Below, piece after piece: positions 54,877 to 64,000 of a stretch of 64,000 bases of DNA. Numbering within the stretch: the stretch's first letter is position 1; each line of letters begins with the position of its first letter. This DNA is from Treponema sp. GTDB lineage: Bacteria > Spirochaetota > Spirochaetia > Treponematales > Treponemataceae. Both the position numbers and the translations under genes were made by a program. The notes under the pieces are model-generated. The model was given only the letters and a program-made list of their open reading frames with translations. It searched no databases and was not told where the DNA came from. The stretch spans positions 310 through 64,309 of the forward strand of contig JBGVIP010000028.1 in the NCBI GenBank assembly GCA_045123335.1, written 5' to 3'.

Positions 54877-57258
54877 ATGATTAAAATTGCTTTGGCAGGA
54901 AACCCGAATGCGGGAAAAACTACATTATTCAATTTTCTTACAGGTTCAAATCAGTTTGTAGGAAACTGGCCTGGAGTAACAGTAGAAAAGAAGGAAGGTA
55001 ACCTTAAAGGTCACAACGGTGACGTTGTAATCATGGACTTGCCTGGTATATATTCGCTTTCTCCGTATACGCTTGAGGAAGTTGTTTCCCGCGAATATCT
55101 TGTAAAGGAACGCCCGGATGCAATCCTTAACATTATTGACGGAACAAACCTTGAACGCAACCTTTACCTTACAACTCAGCTTGCAGAGCTTGGAATTCCA
55201 ATGGTTGTTGCCGTAAACATGATGGACATTGTAAAAAAGAACGGCGATAAAATTCATATTGAAGCAATGTCTCAGGAACTCGGTTGCCCTGTAATGGAAA
55301 TTTCGGCGCTCAAAGGAAAGGGCTGCATTGAAGCTGCAGAAGAAGCTGTAAAAAAAGCTCGCGAAAAAAAGCCTATGATGTACAAGCACCGCTTTGAAGG
55401 CTGTGTTGAACATGCCCTTGCTCATATTGAAGAAGCAATTGTTCACGATCTTCCTGCTGAACAGCACCGCTGGTATTCCGTAAAGCTTTTTGAACGTGAC
55501 GAAAAGATCATTAAATCCATGAAGATTCCAATGGATAAACTTGATCATATTGAAAAGGACATTAAATCATGCGAAGAAGAACTTGATGATGATTCTGAAT
55601 CAATCATTACTTCTGAACGCTATAAGTATATTGAATCAATAATCAAAAAGTGCGTTTCTAAAAAGGCGCGTACAAGTCTTTCTGTTTCTGACAAGATTGA
55701 CCGCATAGTTACAAACCGATGGCTTGCACTTCCAATTTTTGCAGTTGTAATGTGGCTTGTTTATTTTGTTTCTGTAACAACTGTCGGAACATGGGCTACA
55801 GACTGGACTAATGACGGTCTTTTTGGTGATGGCTACTATCTGTTTGGAAATGGGCGTGCCGCATATGATGAAGCGCTTACTGATTTTGCTAAAGAAAACA
55901 TCTGGACAGATGAGCTTGTTGCAGTTACAAAGAACGCTGCAGATGCTGGTGTAATCGGTGCAGACGAAGTTCTTGGTGCAATTGAAGATGAAGATTATGG
56001 CGCATTTGAAGAAGCCTATGGGGTCTACGCAGATGATATGGCAGAAGCCGGTTATGATATTTCTTCTGCAGGAGAAATTATGGAAGGCGAAGAAATGCCT
56101 GATCCTGCTGACGGCTACGGCTGGTGGGTACCTGGTGTTCCTGTCCTTGTAGAAAAAGGACTTGATGCAATCGGCTGTGCTGACTGGCTTAAAGGGCTTG
56201 TAATAGACGGTATAGTTGGCGGTGTAGGGGCAGTCCTTGGCTTTGTTCCGCAGATGCTTGTATTGTTCATCTTTCTTGCTTTTCTTGAAGCATGCGGTTA
56301 CATGGCACGAATTGCATTCATTATGGACCGTATTTTCCGCCGCTTTGGTCTTTCAGGTAAATCATTTATCCCAATGCTTATCGGAACAGGCTGCGGTGTT
56401 CCTGGAATTATGGCAAGCCGAACAATTGAAAGCGAACGCGACCGCCGCATGACAATCATGACGACAACATTTATTCCTTGTGGTGCAAAGCTTCCAATCA
56501 TTGCGCTCATTTCTGCTTCTTTGTTTGGTGGCGCTTCATGGGTTGCTCCATCTGCATATTTCCTTGGAATTGCTGCAATTATATCTTCAGGAATTATCCT
56601 TAAGAAAACAAAGCCTTTTATGGGTGATGTTGCTCCGTTTGTAATGGAACTTCCGGCATACCATTGGCCTACAGTTACAAACATCCTGCGCTCAATGTGG
56701 GAACGCGGCTGGTCATTCATTAAAAAAGCCGGAACAATCATCCTTCTGTCTTCGATTATTATTTGGGTTGGCTCGGTATTCGGTGCAACAGAAAGCGGAT
56801 TCGGTTTTGATCCGGAGATGGAACTTGAATCATCTTTGCTCGGTCATATCGGAAACGCAATAAAATGGATTTTTGCTCCGCTCGGATTTGGTAATATTCG
56901 TGCTGTAATTGCTACAATCATGGGTCTTGTTGCCAAGGAAGAAGTTGTAGGTGTATTCGGAGTCTTGGACTTTGTTTCACTCACTAAACTTGCCGGATAT
57001 TCATTCCTTGTATTCAATCTGCTTTGTGCTCCTTGTTTTGCCGCAATTGGTGCAATCAGACGCGAAATGAACAATGCAAAATGGACATGGGCTGCAATCG
57101 GTTACCAGTGTGGATTTGCCTATGCAGTTTCATTGTGTATCTATCAGTTTGGAAGCCTTGTTTCCGGAAACATGAATATTGCGGGACTTGTTGCTGCTGT
57201 TCTTGTTCTTGTAGCTTTCGTATGGCTTCTTGTAAGGAAACCGGGCTGTTCAAAATAA
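54877..57258 (+). CDS. feoB: Ferrous iron transport protein B
   Basis: GNPNAGKT, NWPGVTVE, DLPG and NMMD GTPase motifs; Gate domains (GTGCGVP, IPCGAK). Confidence 0.97.
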   Translation: MIKIALAGNPNAGKTTLFNFLTGSNQFVGNWPGVTVEKKEGNLKGHNGDVVIMDLPGIYSLSPYTLEEVVSREYLVKERPDAILNIIDGTNLERNLYLTTQLAELGIPMVVAVNMMDIVKKNGDKIHIEAMSQELGCPVMEISALKGKGCIEAAEEAVKKAREKKPMMYKHRFEGCVEHALAHIEEAIVHDLPAEQHRWYSVKLFERDEKIIKSMKIPMDKLDHIEKDIKSCEEELDDDSESIITSERYKYIESIIKKCVSKKARTSLSVSDKIDRIVTNRWLALPIFAVVMWLVYFVSVTTVGTWATDWTNDGLFGDGYYLFGNGRAAYDEALTDFAKENIWTDELVAVTKNAADAGVIGADEVLGAIEDEDYGAFEEAYGVYADDMAEAGYDISSAGEIMEGEEMPDPADGYGWWVPGVPVLVEKGLDAIGCADWLKGLVIDGIVGGVGAVLGFVPQMLVLFIFLAFLEACGYMARIAFIMDRIFRRFGLSGKSFIPMLIGTGCGVPGIMASRTIESERDRRMTIMTTTFIPCGAKLPIIALISASLFGGASWVAPSAYFLGIAAIISSGIILKKTKPFMGDVAPFVMELPAYHWPTVTNILRSMWERGWSFIKKAGTIILLSSIIIWVGSVFGATESGFGFDPEMELESSLLGHIGNAIKWIFAPLGFGNIRAVIATIMGLVAKEEVVGVFGVLDFVSLTKLAGYSFLVFNLLCAPCFAAIGAIRREMNNAKWTWAAIGYQCGFAYAVSLCIYQFGSLVSGNMNIAGLVAAVLVLVAFVWLLVRKPGCSK

Positions 57259-57273
57259 GTAAGTGAGGTTTAT

Positions 57274-57429
57274 ATGGCAGGAACTATTGTAGTATGTGCT
57301 GTACTGGTTGTAATTGTTGCTGCAATTGTACATTCTATGTTTAAAAAAGGGCCTGCTGGCACTTGTTCCTGCGGCTGCGACAAATGCAGCTGCTCTAAGA
57401 CAGGTTCTTGTAAAGCACCAAAAGCTTAG
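57274..57429 (+). CDS. FeoB-associated Cys-rich small membrane protein
   Basis: Not in the ORF track. GAGG RBS; MAGTIVVCAVLVVIVAAIVHSMFKKGPAGTCSCGCDKCSCSKTGSCKAPKA (51 aa). Confidence 0.88.
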   Translation: MAGTIVVCAVLVVIVAAIVHSMFKKGPAGTCSCGCDKCSCSKTGSCKAPKA

Positions 57430-57441
57430 GTTTTAAGTGAT

Positions 57442-58815
57442 TTAATTTTTCCGCCGTCTGTCTGCGTGATGTGAATAATAGTCAGCTTTGTCGGCATACA
57501 TTGCGTTGTCAGCACGGTGGAAAATGTCCCTTAAATCTGCGTCTTTTCCAAACTGATAGGTAGAAAAACCTTTTGAAACTGCAATTTCCGGTTCTTTTTC
57601 CTTGCGGCAGGAATTCTTCTGTTCTATTTTCTGTTCAATATCTCTGAAAATCTTACTGATATCATTTTCTGTTGAATGTTCAAGGATTACGACAAATTCA
57701 TCGCCGCCGATTCTGTATATTTTTTTGCTGTGAACGCTTTCCTTTAAAATTTCAGAAACCGAAGTAATTACAAAGTCTCCGTATTCATGTCCAAGACTGT
57801 CATTTATCTGCTTAAGTCCGTTTATGTCAAAAATTGCAACGGAAAAATCTGCTGGATTTTCTGCGGTTGACGCGGAAATTTCTGCATCCAGACTCTTTGT
57901 CATGTCAATATAGGCGTTGCGGTTTCCGATTCCTGTAAGCATGTCGGTATAAGCGGCGGTGTGGGCATCGTTTATGTAGCGCTGAAGTTCCTTGCGCACA
58001 AAATTAAGCCGCCTTCCAAGAACTTCAAAGCCTACGTCAGAAGAAGATGCTGCAGAAATATCGTGCCGTGATTTTTTAGGCATATTTCTTGCAGAGGCAA
58101 GACACAGAATTTCGGCAAGTTCTTCTACATCGTCTGTAAGATGAACCATTTCCTGGTTGAGGCAGTTCAGCCTTTTTCTGAGGCGGTCCATTAAAAGGAA
58201 AACAATTGTTCCACCAGCAATAAGCGAGATTGCACTTATAATCAGAGTTGTATACAGGTGCTGCCAGAGCTGGCTTTCGTACCAGTCTGCATTGATGTCT
58301 ACGGCTATGATACCGCCGACATTTCCCTTTGAATCAAATACTGGATTGTATGCACTGTAAAAGCGACCCCATCTGTCTTGATACGGCACTTTGTCAAAAG
58401 ACGGAATTCCCTTGCTGGCAGCGTAAAGCGCATCCGTATATTTTACGGTTTCGCCAAAATCGCCCGGATTTTCAGGATCAGGGTCAATTGTAAAGGTAAA
58501 AGTTCCGTCATTCATTGCGCGGATTCCGTATATATAGCTTAAATTAAAGTTCTCCTGAAAAGCTCTTAGAATTGAAACGACTTCTTTATAAGGTTCTGTA
58601 TCCCTGTCTTCTGCCTTAAGGTTTGCAAGAACATCTCCGTCCAGCAGGGCTCCAGCGCTCTTTAAAATGTCGAGCATTCGTTCCTGCATCTGCTTGCTTA
58701 AATCTGCCTTGGACTGATACATTAAAGCCGTACCAAGGAATCCGTTCATGGCAAGCAGAAAAACAGAGATGAGGATTACAAGTTTTCTGGAAAAATTTCC
58801 GTTTTTCAGTTTCAT
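57442..58815 (-). CDS. Membrane diguanylate cyclase (periplasmic Cache-like + GGDEF)
   Basis: Two TM helices flanking a sensor domain (YQDRWGRFYSAY); TDMLTGIGNR, DINGLKQINDSLGHEYGD and RIGGDEF motifs. Confidence 0.9.
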   Translation of the reverse strand: MKLKNGNFSRKLVILISVFLLAMNGFLGTALMYQSKADLSKQMQERMLDILKSAGALLDGDVLANLKAEDRDTEPYKEVVSILRAFQENFNLSYIYGIRAMNDGTFTFTIDPDPENPGDFGETVKYTDALYAASKGIPSFDKVPYQDRWGRFYSAYNPVFDSKGNVGGIIAVDINADWYESQLWQHLYTTLIISAISLIAGGTIVFLLMDRLRKRLNCLNQEMVHLTDDVEELAEILCLASARNMPKKSRHDISAASSSDVGFEVLGRRLNFVRKELQRYINDAHTAAYTDMLTGIGNRNAYIDMTKSLDAEISASTAENPADFSVAIFDINGLKQINDSLGHEYGDFVITSVSEILKESVHSKKIYRIGGDEFVVILEHSTENDISKIFRDIEQKIEQKNSCRKEKEPEIAVSKGFSTYQFGKDADLRDIFHRADNAMYADKADYYSHHADRRRKN

Positions 58816-58976
58816 AAATGTTGTTTCTGTTGAATATTATTTTAATACCGCTATAGTCATAACGCAAGGAAATTGTAAAGAGAATACAAATCAAAGAATT
58901 TGAGGGAAGATGTGAAAGGAATAAAATATTGCCCGTTTAGAATGATCTAGACGGGCTTTTTTCTGTCTGAAAATGA

Positions 58977-59426
58977 TTATTTGCTGAATGAGTCCTTAAT
59001 AGAGTTACATACCCAGTCGATGCATTTTTCGTAGCTTGAATCATCTGAGTTGTCAAAATCATGGCAAACATAAGAAGCAATGATTTTTCCAGTATTATAA
59101 TCTGTCAGAACAAAATTAACGTTTGTAGAAGTACCATTATAGTCAATCTGATATTCGTATCCCAAAAGGCTTTCTTTTTGTGCATCAGAAAGAGACTCAG
59201 TATCTTTTATAACTTTAAGTCTTGAACTTGCAAATGCAGTATCAAATTTTTTCTGGACTTTAGCAATTTCTTCTGGATTGTCATGTAAATCCATTTTTAC
59301 GTACATAACGTACTGGTAATCTTCTGCAACTGGATCTACATTTGCCTTATAATTCGAAGATGAAAATGTAAGACAGCTTGTAAAAAGACAGGCTACAGCC
59401 AATAAAGACAATAAAGATTTCTTCAT
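58977..59426 (-). CDS. Hypothetical lipoprotein
   Basis: Start at ATG 59426 after AGGAG: MKKSLLSLLAVACLFTS-C. Confidence 0.7.
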   Translation of the reverse strand: MKKSLLSLLAVACLFTSCLTFSSSNYKANVDPVAEDYQYVMYVKMDLHDNPEEIAKVQKKFDTAFASSRLKVIKDTESLSDAQKESLLGYEYQIDYNGTSTNVNFVLTDYNTGKIIASYVCHDFDNSDDSSYEKCIDWVCNSIKDSFSK

Positions 59427-59670
59427 AAAAAACTCCTTTTTTTTAATTATACCTTCTTTGGATATTTTTACAATACAAATCAAAAATAGATAGGAGATTT
59501 TACATTTTTATTGCGAATTCCCAGATATCGTTTTACTATAAAATGATTCTTAATTTTTTTTTAACAATGGGGTAAACAGGTTTAAAAACATTTTGGGGAA
59601 TCATTTTTTTGATTTTTGTATTTTTAGTTTTGGAGCGACCGCTAACGCGGAATTCAATTAGGAGTAATAT

Positions 59671-61833
59671 ATGAAAAATATCAGGTTCACAGTTTTTTTA
59701 AAGATAATTCTTGGCGTTACTGTGACTACGGTTTCAATTCTGCTTGTTTTTGGTGCAATCATTTTTGAAAAAATGAAAGTAATCGACAAGGAAGCCTTTG
59801 ACAATTCGTTTAAGAACATTATTTCGGAAGTTGACGTTGCAATTGAAAATTATTTTGAAAGCTTTGACACTTTCTCTAATGCTTTTGCAAAAATTGAGCT
59901 TATAATGGAGCCGGACAACAGCATTACTTCTTACGTGAATAAGTCTGATCCGAGCGGAAAAATTCCGGTTGATCCAAATAAATTCGGAAAGTACGAGCGT
60001 TCTGTCTATGAACTTGCAAAAGCCTTTACCGAAGAAAAGCCGGAAATTACCGGAATTTCTGTTTCTCTTGAAGCTACGGGGGCCTATGTGCGCTATCCTG
60101 TTGAACCGCGCCCTAACAACTATGATTCCAGAACCCGCTCCTGGTACAAAAATGCCAAAAAGAACAACGGAAAAACCTATATTTCAAACGTTTACGTAAC
60201 GGCGCTTGGTGGCCGAACGATTGTCGCTTCCAAATATTTTAATGACCTGTACGGTAATCCGCGCGGAGTAATTGCTACCGACATTGATTTCAGTTATCTT
60301 GATTCCCTTATGAAGGCGTTCAGAAAAAACAATACTGAACTTTCGTTCATGATTCTGGATAACGGCGGAAACATTGTCCTTAATCAGATTGATTCTTCTA
60401 CCGAATTCCATAAAATTGATACTCTAAATATAGAAAAACTAAAGGACTTTAAGCACGGAGACCAGCTTACCTTTAAGGCTAAGTACAACGGAACAGAGTA
60501 TGAATTTTCTTCGCTTCCGTCGGAAAATTCCTATGTTGAACTTGACTATATTGTAGCGGCGCCGCTTTCTTACATAAACCGCGCAAACAGAACAGTTCTG
60601 GCAGTAATCATCATTGTTGCCCTTGCTTCGGTTATTTTGAGCATAATTGTTGCACTGCTTCTTGCAAAAAAAATAACGAATCCATTGAATTCAACTGTTT
60701 CTCTTCTTAAAGATATCTCGGAAGGAGATGGTGATCTGACAAAACGCCTGCCACAGAACGGAAACGATGAACTTTCTGATCTTGCAGTGTATTTTAACAA
60801 AACCATAGAAAAAATCACTTCGCTTGTAGGTTCTATAAAAAATGAATCTGATGTTATGGATTCCGTAGCATCTAATCTTTCTTTGAATATGAACGAGGCG
60901 ACAGAAGCAGTTCATAAAATTGATGAAAACGTTGTTCTTATTAAAAATCAGATTGGGGTGCAGCGTTCGGATGTTTCTCAGACTTCAGGACGAATGAAGA
61001 ATATTTCGGAAAACATAGAAAAGCTCAGCAATAATATTGCGGATCAGGCAATGAGCGTTGCTCATGGTTCCAGTGCAATTGAAGAAATGGTTGCGAACAT
61101 CCGCTCTGTAACAGATATTTTGGATAAGAATGCGCATTCCGTTAAGGAACTTACTGATTCTGCAGAAAAAGGACGCGAAGTTGTACGCAAAACTGTTGAA
61201 CTTACTGACCGGATTTATGAAAATTCGGACGGGCTTATGGAAGCGTCTAATATTATTTCTAATATTGCAAGCCAGACAAACCTGCTTGCCATGAATGCCG
61301 CAATTGAAGCTTCTCATGCCGGTGAAGTTGGAAAGGGCTTTGCAGTCGTTTCTGGCGAAATCAGAAAGCTTGCGGAAGATTCAAATAATCAGGGTAAAAA
61401 GATTTCTGAGGCACTTACCGGCTTAAAGGATCTTATTGCCGATGTTTCTAAATCTACAAAGGACATTAAGGATCAGTTTGAGCGCATTTTCAGTAATACT
61501 CAGGAAGTTTCGGAACAGGAATCTGTCATTAAGGCTGCAATGGACGAACAGAGTGCCGGAAGCCAGCAGATTCTTAACGTAATACGCGACATCAACAGTC
61601 TTACAGACGAAGTAAAGAATGGAATTGCAGAAATGACTCAGGAAGGACAGTCTGTTTTGGAAGAAATGCAGAGTCTTGCGGATGTATCTATTGAAATTTC
61701 CGGCAGTATGGATACAATTTCTTCAGAAATCAGTGAAATTACAAATTCCGTTTCGGATGTAAACGAGCAGACACAGAAGAACCAGAATTCTATAATTCGC
61801 GTTACGGAAGAAATAAACAAATTCCGTATTTAA
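59671..61833 (+). CDS. Methyl-accepting chemotaxis protein (dCache-HAMP-MCP)
   Basis: TM-dCache (YDSRTRSWY)-TM-HAMP (GDGDLTKRL) and the signalling hairpin [26 protein letters not shown]. Confidence 0.95.
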   Translation: MKNIRFTVFLKIILGVTVTTVSILLVFGAIIFEKMKVIDKEAFDNSFKNIISEVDVAIENYFESFDTFSNAFAKIELIMEPDNSITSYVNKSDPSGKIPVDPNKFGKYERSVYELAKAFTEEKPEITGISVSLEATGAYVRYPVEPRPNNYDSRTRSWYKNAKKNNGKTYISNVYVTALGGRTIVASKYFNDLYGNPRGVIATDIDFSYLDSLMKAFRKNNTELSFMILDNGGNIVLNQIDSSTEFHKIDTLNIEKLKDFKHGDQLTFKAKYNGTEYEFSSLPSENSYVELDYIVAAPLSYINRANRTVLAVIIIVALASVILSIIVALLLAKKITNPLNSTVSLLKDISEGDGDLTKRLPQNGNDELSDLAVYFNKTIEKITSLVGSIKNESDVMDSVASNLSLNMNEATEAVHKIDENVVLIKNQIGVQRSDVSQTSGRMKNISENIEKLSNNIADQAMSVAHGSSAIEEMVANIRSVTDILDKNAHSVKELTDSAEKGREVVRKTVELTDRIYENSDGLMEASNIISNIASQTNLLAMNAAIEASHAGEVGKGFAVVSGEIRKLAEDSNNQGKKISEALTGLKDLIADVSKSTKDIKDQFERIFSNTQEVSEQESVIKAAMDEQSAGSQQILNVIRDINSLTDEVKNGIAEMTQEGQSVLEEMQSLADVSIEISGSMDTISSEISEITNSVSDVNEQTQKNQNSIIRVTEEINKFRI

Positions 61834-61864
61834 AAGCATTTTGCAGACTTTTATGGAGAACATT

Positions 61865-62257
61865 ATGACATTAGAAGAACGCGCTCTTAAGGGTGCTGAA
61901 TTAAAGGCAACTGGAGCATGCAACTGTACGCTTTCTGTCTTAAAGGTGATGGAAGACAAACTGAATCTTGATGAATCAGAAATGAAGAAAATATCTGCCG
62001 GTTTTGCGGCTGGAATGGGCGGTATGGAAGGAACTTGCGGAGCAATAATTGGCGCCGTAATTGCTGCTGGAATTCTTACAGACGGGCAGGGAACACCTCG
62101 GCTTGCAAAGCAGATTGTTTCAGAGTTTAACGAAATGTCTGGCGCCACAATCTGCAGAGACTTAAAGAAAATGACAGATGGCCACCCTGTATGCGAATGC
62201 CCGCAGTGTGTCTACAACGCAGTTAAAATCCTCGGAAAACTTACAAATATGGAATAA
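61865..62257 (+). CDS. C-GCAxxG-C-C family putative redox protein
   Basis: ACNCT, GFAAGMGGMEGTCGA, TICRDLK and C..QC motifs; start at ATG 61865 after GGAG. Confidence 0.85.
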   Translation: MTLEERALKGAELKATGACNCTLSVLKVMEDKLNLDESEMKKISAGFAAGMGGMEGTCGAIIGAVIAAGILTDGQGTPRLAKQIVSEFNEMSGATICRDLKKMTDGHPVCECPQCVYNAVKILGKLTNME

Positions 62258-62280
62258 TGGATGAAGCTTGCGCCGGCCTT

Positions 62281-63480
62281 TTATTCCACAATCGTAATTA
62301 CGTCTTTAAGAATATAGTTGAATGCCGGAGCAGAAGAATTTTTGTTTTCCTTAAATTCAACGGACAGGTTATAAGTGTCATCCGGGTTATATGGGTTTAC
62401 TCCCGTATAATTTCCGTGGAATACTTTCTGTCTTCCCCTTATAAAGTTTTTCTCAATGTGCCTGATTGTTTTTTCTGTATTCGGAGCAATATAGCTTTTG
62501 TTGCATTCAAGAATCTGTACCCAGTTTTTTTCAAGTCCAGCACCAATGTCGTTCCCATGAATGTGACCGCCAATACTGTGTTCAATGTTTTTATGTTCCA
62601 GAACGGCTTTTATTGCACCCGTAATGTAAGGAGACCAATTTATTCTTGTGCTGACAAGCGAAGTTGTAGGGGCAACGTCCATCATGCTGTGGTTGTAGCC
62701 TATGTGATACACAGTTTTTGTAAGCGCAGCTTCTTCGCAGACGGCAGCTGGACCAATTGTATCTGAATGCTGGGAAATTATTATGCAGTCATCGTCTATA
62801 AGGCGGCCGGCAATTTCTTTTTCCAGACTGTAGTTACACCATGTATTTGAATAAATTACTTCCATTGTTGCGCTTGGACAAAAACTTCGTGCGCCCAAAA
62901 AGAATGCAGTATAGCCGGAAATGACTTCCGGGTACGGGTAGGCGGCAACATAGCCCAGCTTTGCCTGTTCAGGAGTGATTATATTGTTCTTAATCAATTC
63001 GCGAAGCTTAAGCCCTGCAACAGCACCGGAAATATATCGTCCCTGGTAGATTTCGCCCATAAAAGTATGGTAATTTGGACAGAAAGGTTTTGTATTTGCG
63101 TTGTCGCATGTGGCGGCGCAAAACTGAATTTCAGGATTTTCCAGTGCAAGCCGCTTTGCAGTCTCGCCAAAGCCGTAACTGTTTGTAATTATAAGACGGC
63201 ATTTTTCATCGATTAGTTCCTGAATTGCTTCCTCGCAGTCAGATTCCGGCACATTATTTTTTACAACAGTCTGTATGCGGTCTCCATAAAGGAACTCCGC
63301 TTCTTTTTGCGCCCGTATAAAGTTGTACGAGTAAGGCGTGCTTGCATCAGAGTCGTATACAAATCCAACTTTTAAAGGTTCAATATTTTTTTCCAAAGGT
63401 TTGATGAACAGGGAAAAAGCATAAAAACAAATCAGGGCGGCAATAGATGTCAAAAGTGTGACTATAAAATTCTGTTTCAT
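62281..63480 (-). CDS. BMP-family substrate-binding-like protein with an N-terminal TM anchor
   Basis: KVGFVY, LIITNSYGF, YQGRYISGAVAG, AFFLGA, W.NYSLE and ISQHSDT motifs. Confidence 0.85.
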   Translation of the reverse strand: MKQNFIVTLLTSIAALICFYAFSLFIKPLEKNIEPLKVGFVYDSDASTPYSYNFIRAQKEAEFLYGDRIQTVVKNNVPESDCEEAIQELIDEKCRLIITNSYGFGETAKRLALENPEIQFCAATCDNANTKPFCPNYHTFMGEIYQGRYISGAVAGLKLRELIKNNIITPEQAKLGYVAAYPYPEVISGYTAFFLGARSFCPSATMEVIYSNTWCNYSLEKEIAGRLIDDDCIIISQHSDTIGPAAVCEEAALTKTVYHIGYNHSMMDVAPTTSLVSTRINWSPYITGAIKAVLEHKNIEHSIGGHIHGNDIGAGLEKNWVQILECNKSYIAPNTEKTIRHIEKNFIRGRQKVFHGNYTGVNPYNPDDTYNLSVEFKENKNSSAPAFNYILKDVITIVE

Positions 63481-64000
63481 TTTGAATCTTCCTGATTTTC
63501 TTTATTATTATAAAGCTGATCTATGTTGATTTTCTTTGTTTTAATCAGATTAAGCAGGATGTCTACAATTTTTGGATCAAATTGAGTTCCTCTGCCGCGC
63601 TTAAGTTCACTTATAACGTATTCAATGCTCTGCTGTTTTCTGTATACGCGGTTTGCCGTCATTGCATCAAAGGCATCTGCTGCACCAATTATTCGTCCGT
63701 AAATCGGAATGTCTTCGCCTTTAAGGCCTTTTACATAGCCTGTTCCGTCATAACGTTCATGATGATATAAAACGCCGTCAGAAACATGCTCAACAAAAGA
63801 GAAGTCTTTAAGGATTTCTGCACCGCGAGTAACGTGCGACTTCATTACAGCGTATTCTTCATCTGTAAGACGAGCCGGTTTATGCAGAATGCTGTCAGAA
63901 ATTCCGATTTTACCGATATCATGCAGAAGGGCGGCCATACTTATGTTTTCGCATTGCTGTTTAGACATTCCAAGTTCTTCTGCAATAAGAACCGCATACT
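63477..64000 (-). CDS. HD-GYP-type phosphodiesterase (3' part, start lies beyond the window)
   Basis: The frame stays open to the window end (..YAVLIAEELGMSK..). LLHDIGKIG, HHERYDGTGYV and ADAFDAMTANRVYR motifs. Confidence 0.88.
   Translation of the reverse strand, partial: YAVLIAEELGMSKQQCENISMAALLHDIGKIGISDSILHKPARLTDEEYAVMKSHVTRGAEILKDFSFVEHVSDGVLYHHERYDGTGYVKGLKGEDIPIYGRIIGAADAFDAMTANRVYRKQQSIEYVISELKRGRGTQFDPKIVDILLNLIKTKKINIDQLYNNKENQEDSK

Noticed and set aside
815-63770. Numerous 60-270 aa ORFs overlapping the called genes on the opposite strand or in other frames (e.g. 24281-25105, 41761-42543, 62257-62766)
   Set aside because: No recognisable motifs or RBS, and they are fully explained as shadows of well-supported genes.
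1-64000. tRNA or rRNA genes
   Set aside because: No cloverleaf/T-loop (GTTCRA) context or rRNA signature was found in the intergenic regions.

Overview
Gene-dense window from what is most likely a gut or rumen Treponema-like spirochaete. This is an inference from many spirochaete-style lipoproteins, a P83/100-like domain, MCP/CheR and Rpn-family genes. No rRNA, tRNA, CRISPR array, integrase or phage genes were seen. The central feature is a complete plasmid-type replication and partition locus at about 18.84-22.75 kb. It contains about 20 copies of a 15-bp iteron-like motif (consensus TGTGAYWWWYTGTCC, partly at 21-22 bp spacing), an AT-rich tract and a Rep_3 initiator. It also has a ParA ATPase, a small ribbon-helix-helix partner and three helically phased GTTWAAY arrays (parS-like). 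This locus sits among chromosome-like housekeeping genes (rnfCDGEAB, feoAAB, udp, rfbD, hsp20, an amino-acid ABC transporter). Gene orientation and codon/strand bias switch across it, so it looks like the working origin of a secondary chromosome (chromid) or large replicon rather than a dead integrated plasmid. Other notable items are two near-identical Rpn-family genes with RBS-occluding hairpins and internal small-protein starts (plus a third truncated cassette), an orphan sRNA with its own promoter and terminator, a low-GC lipoprotein operon, a sigma54 promoter at hsp20, DtxR-like boxes at feo, and many cyclic-nucleotide signalling genes. Strand-bias statements come from reading and sampling the sequence by eye, not from a computed skew plot.
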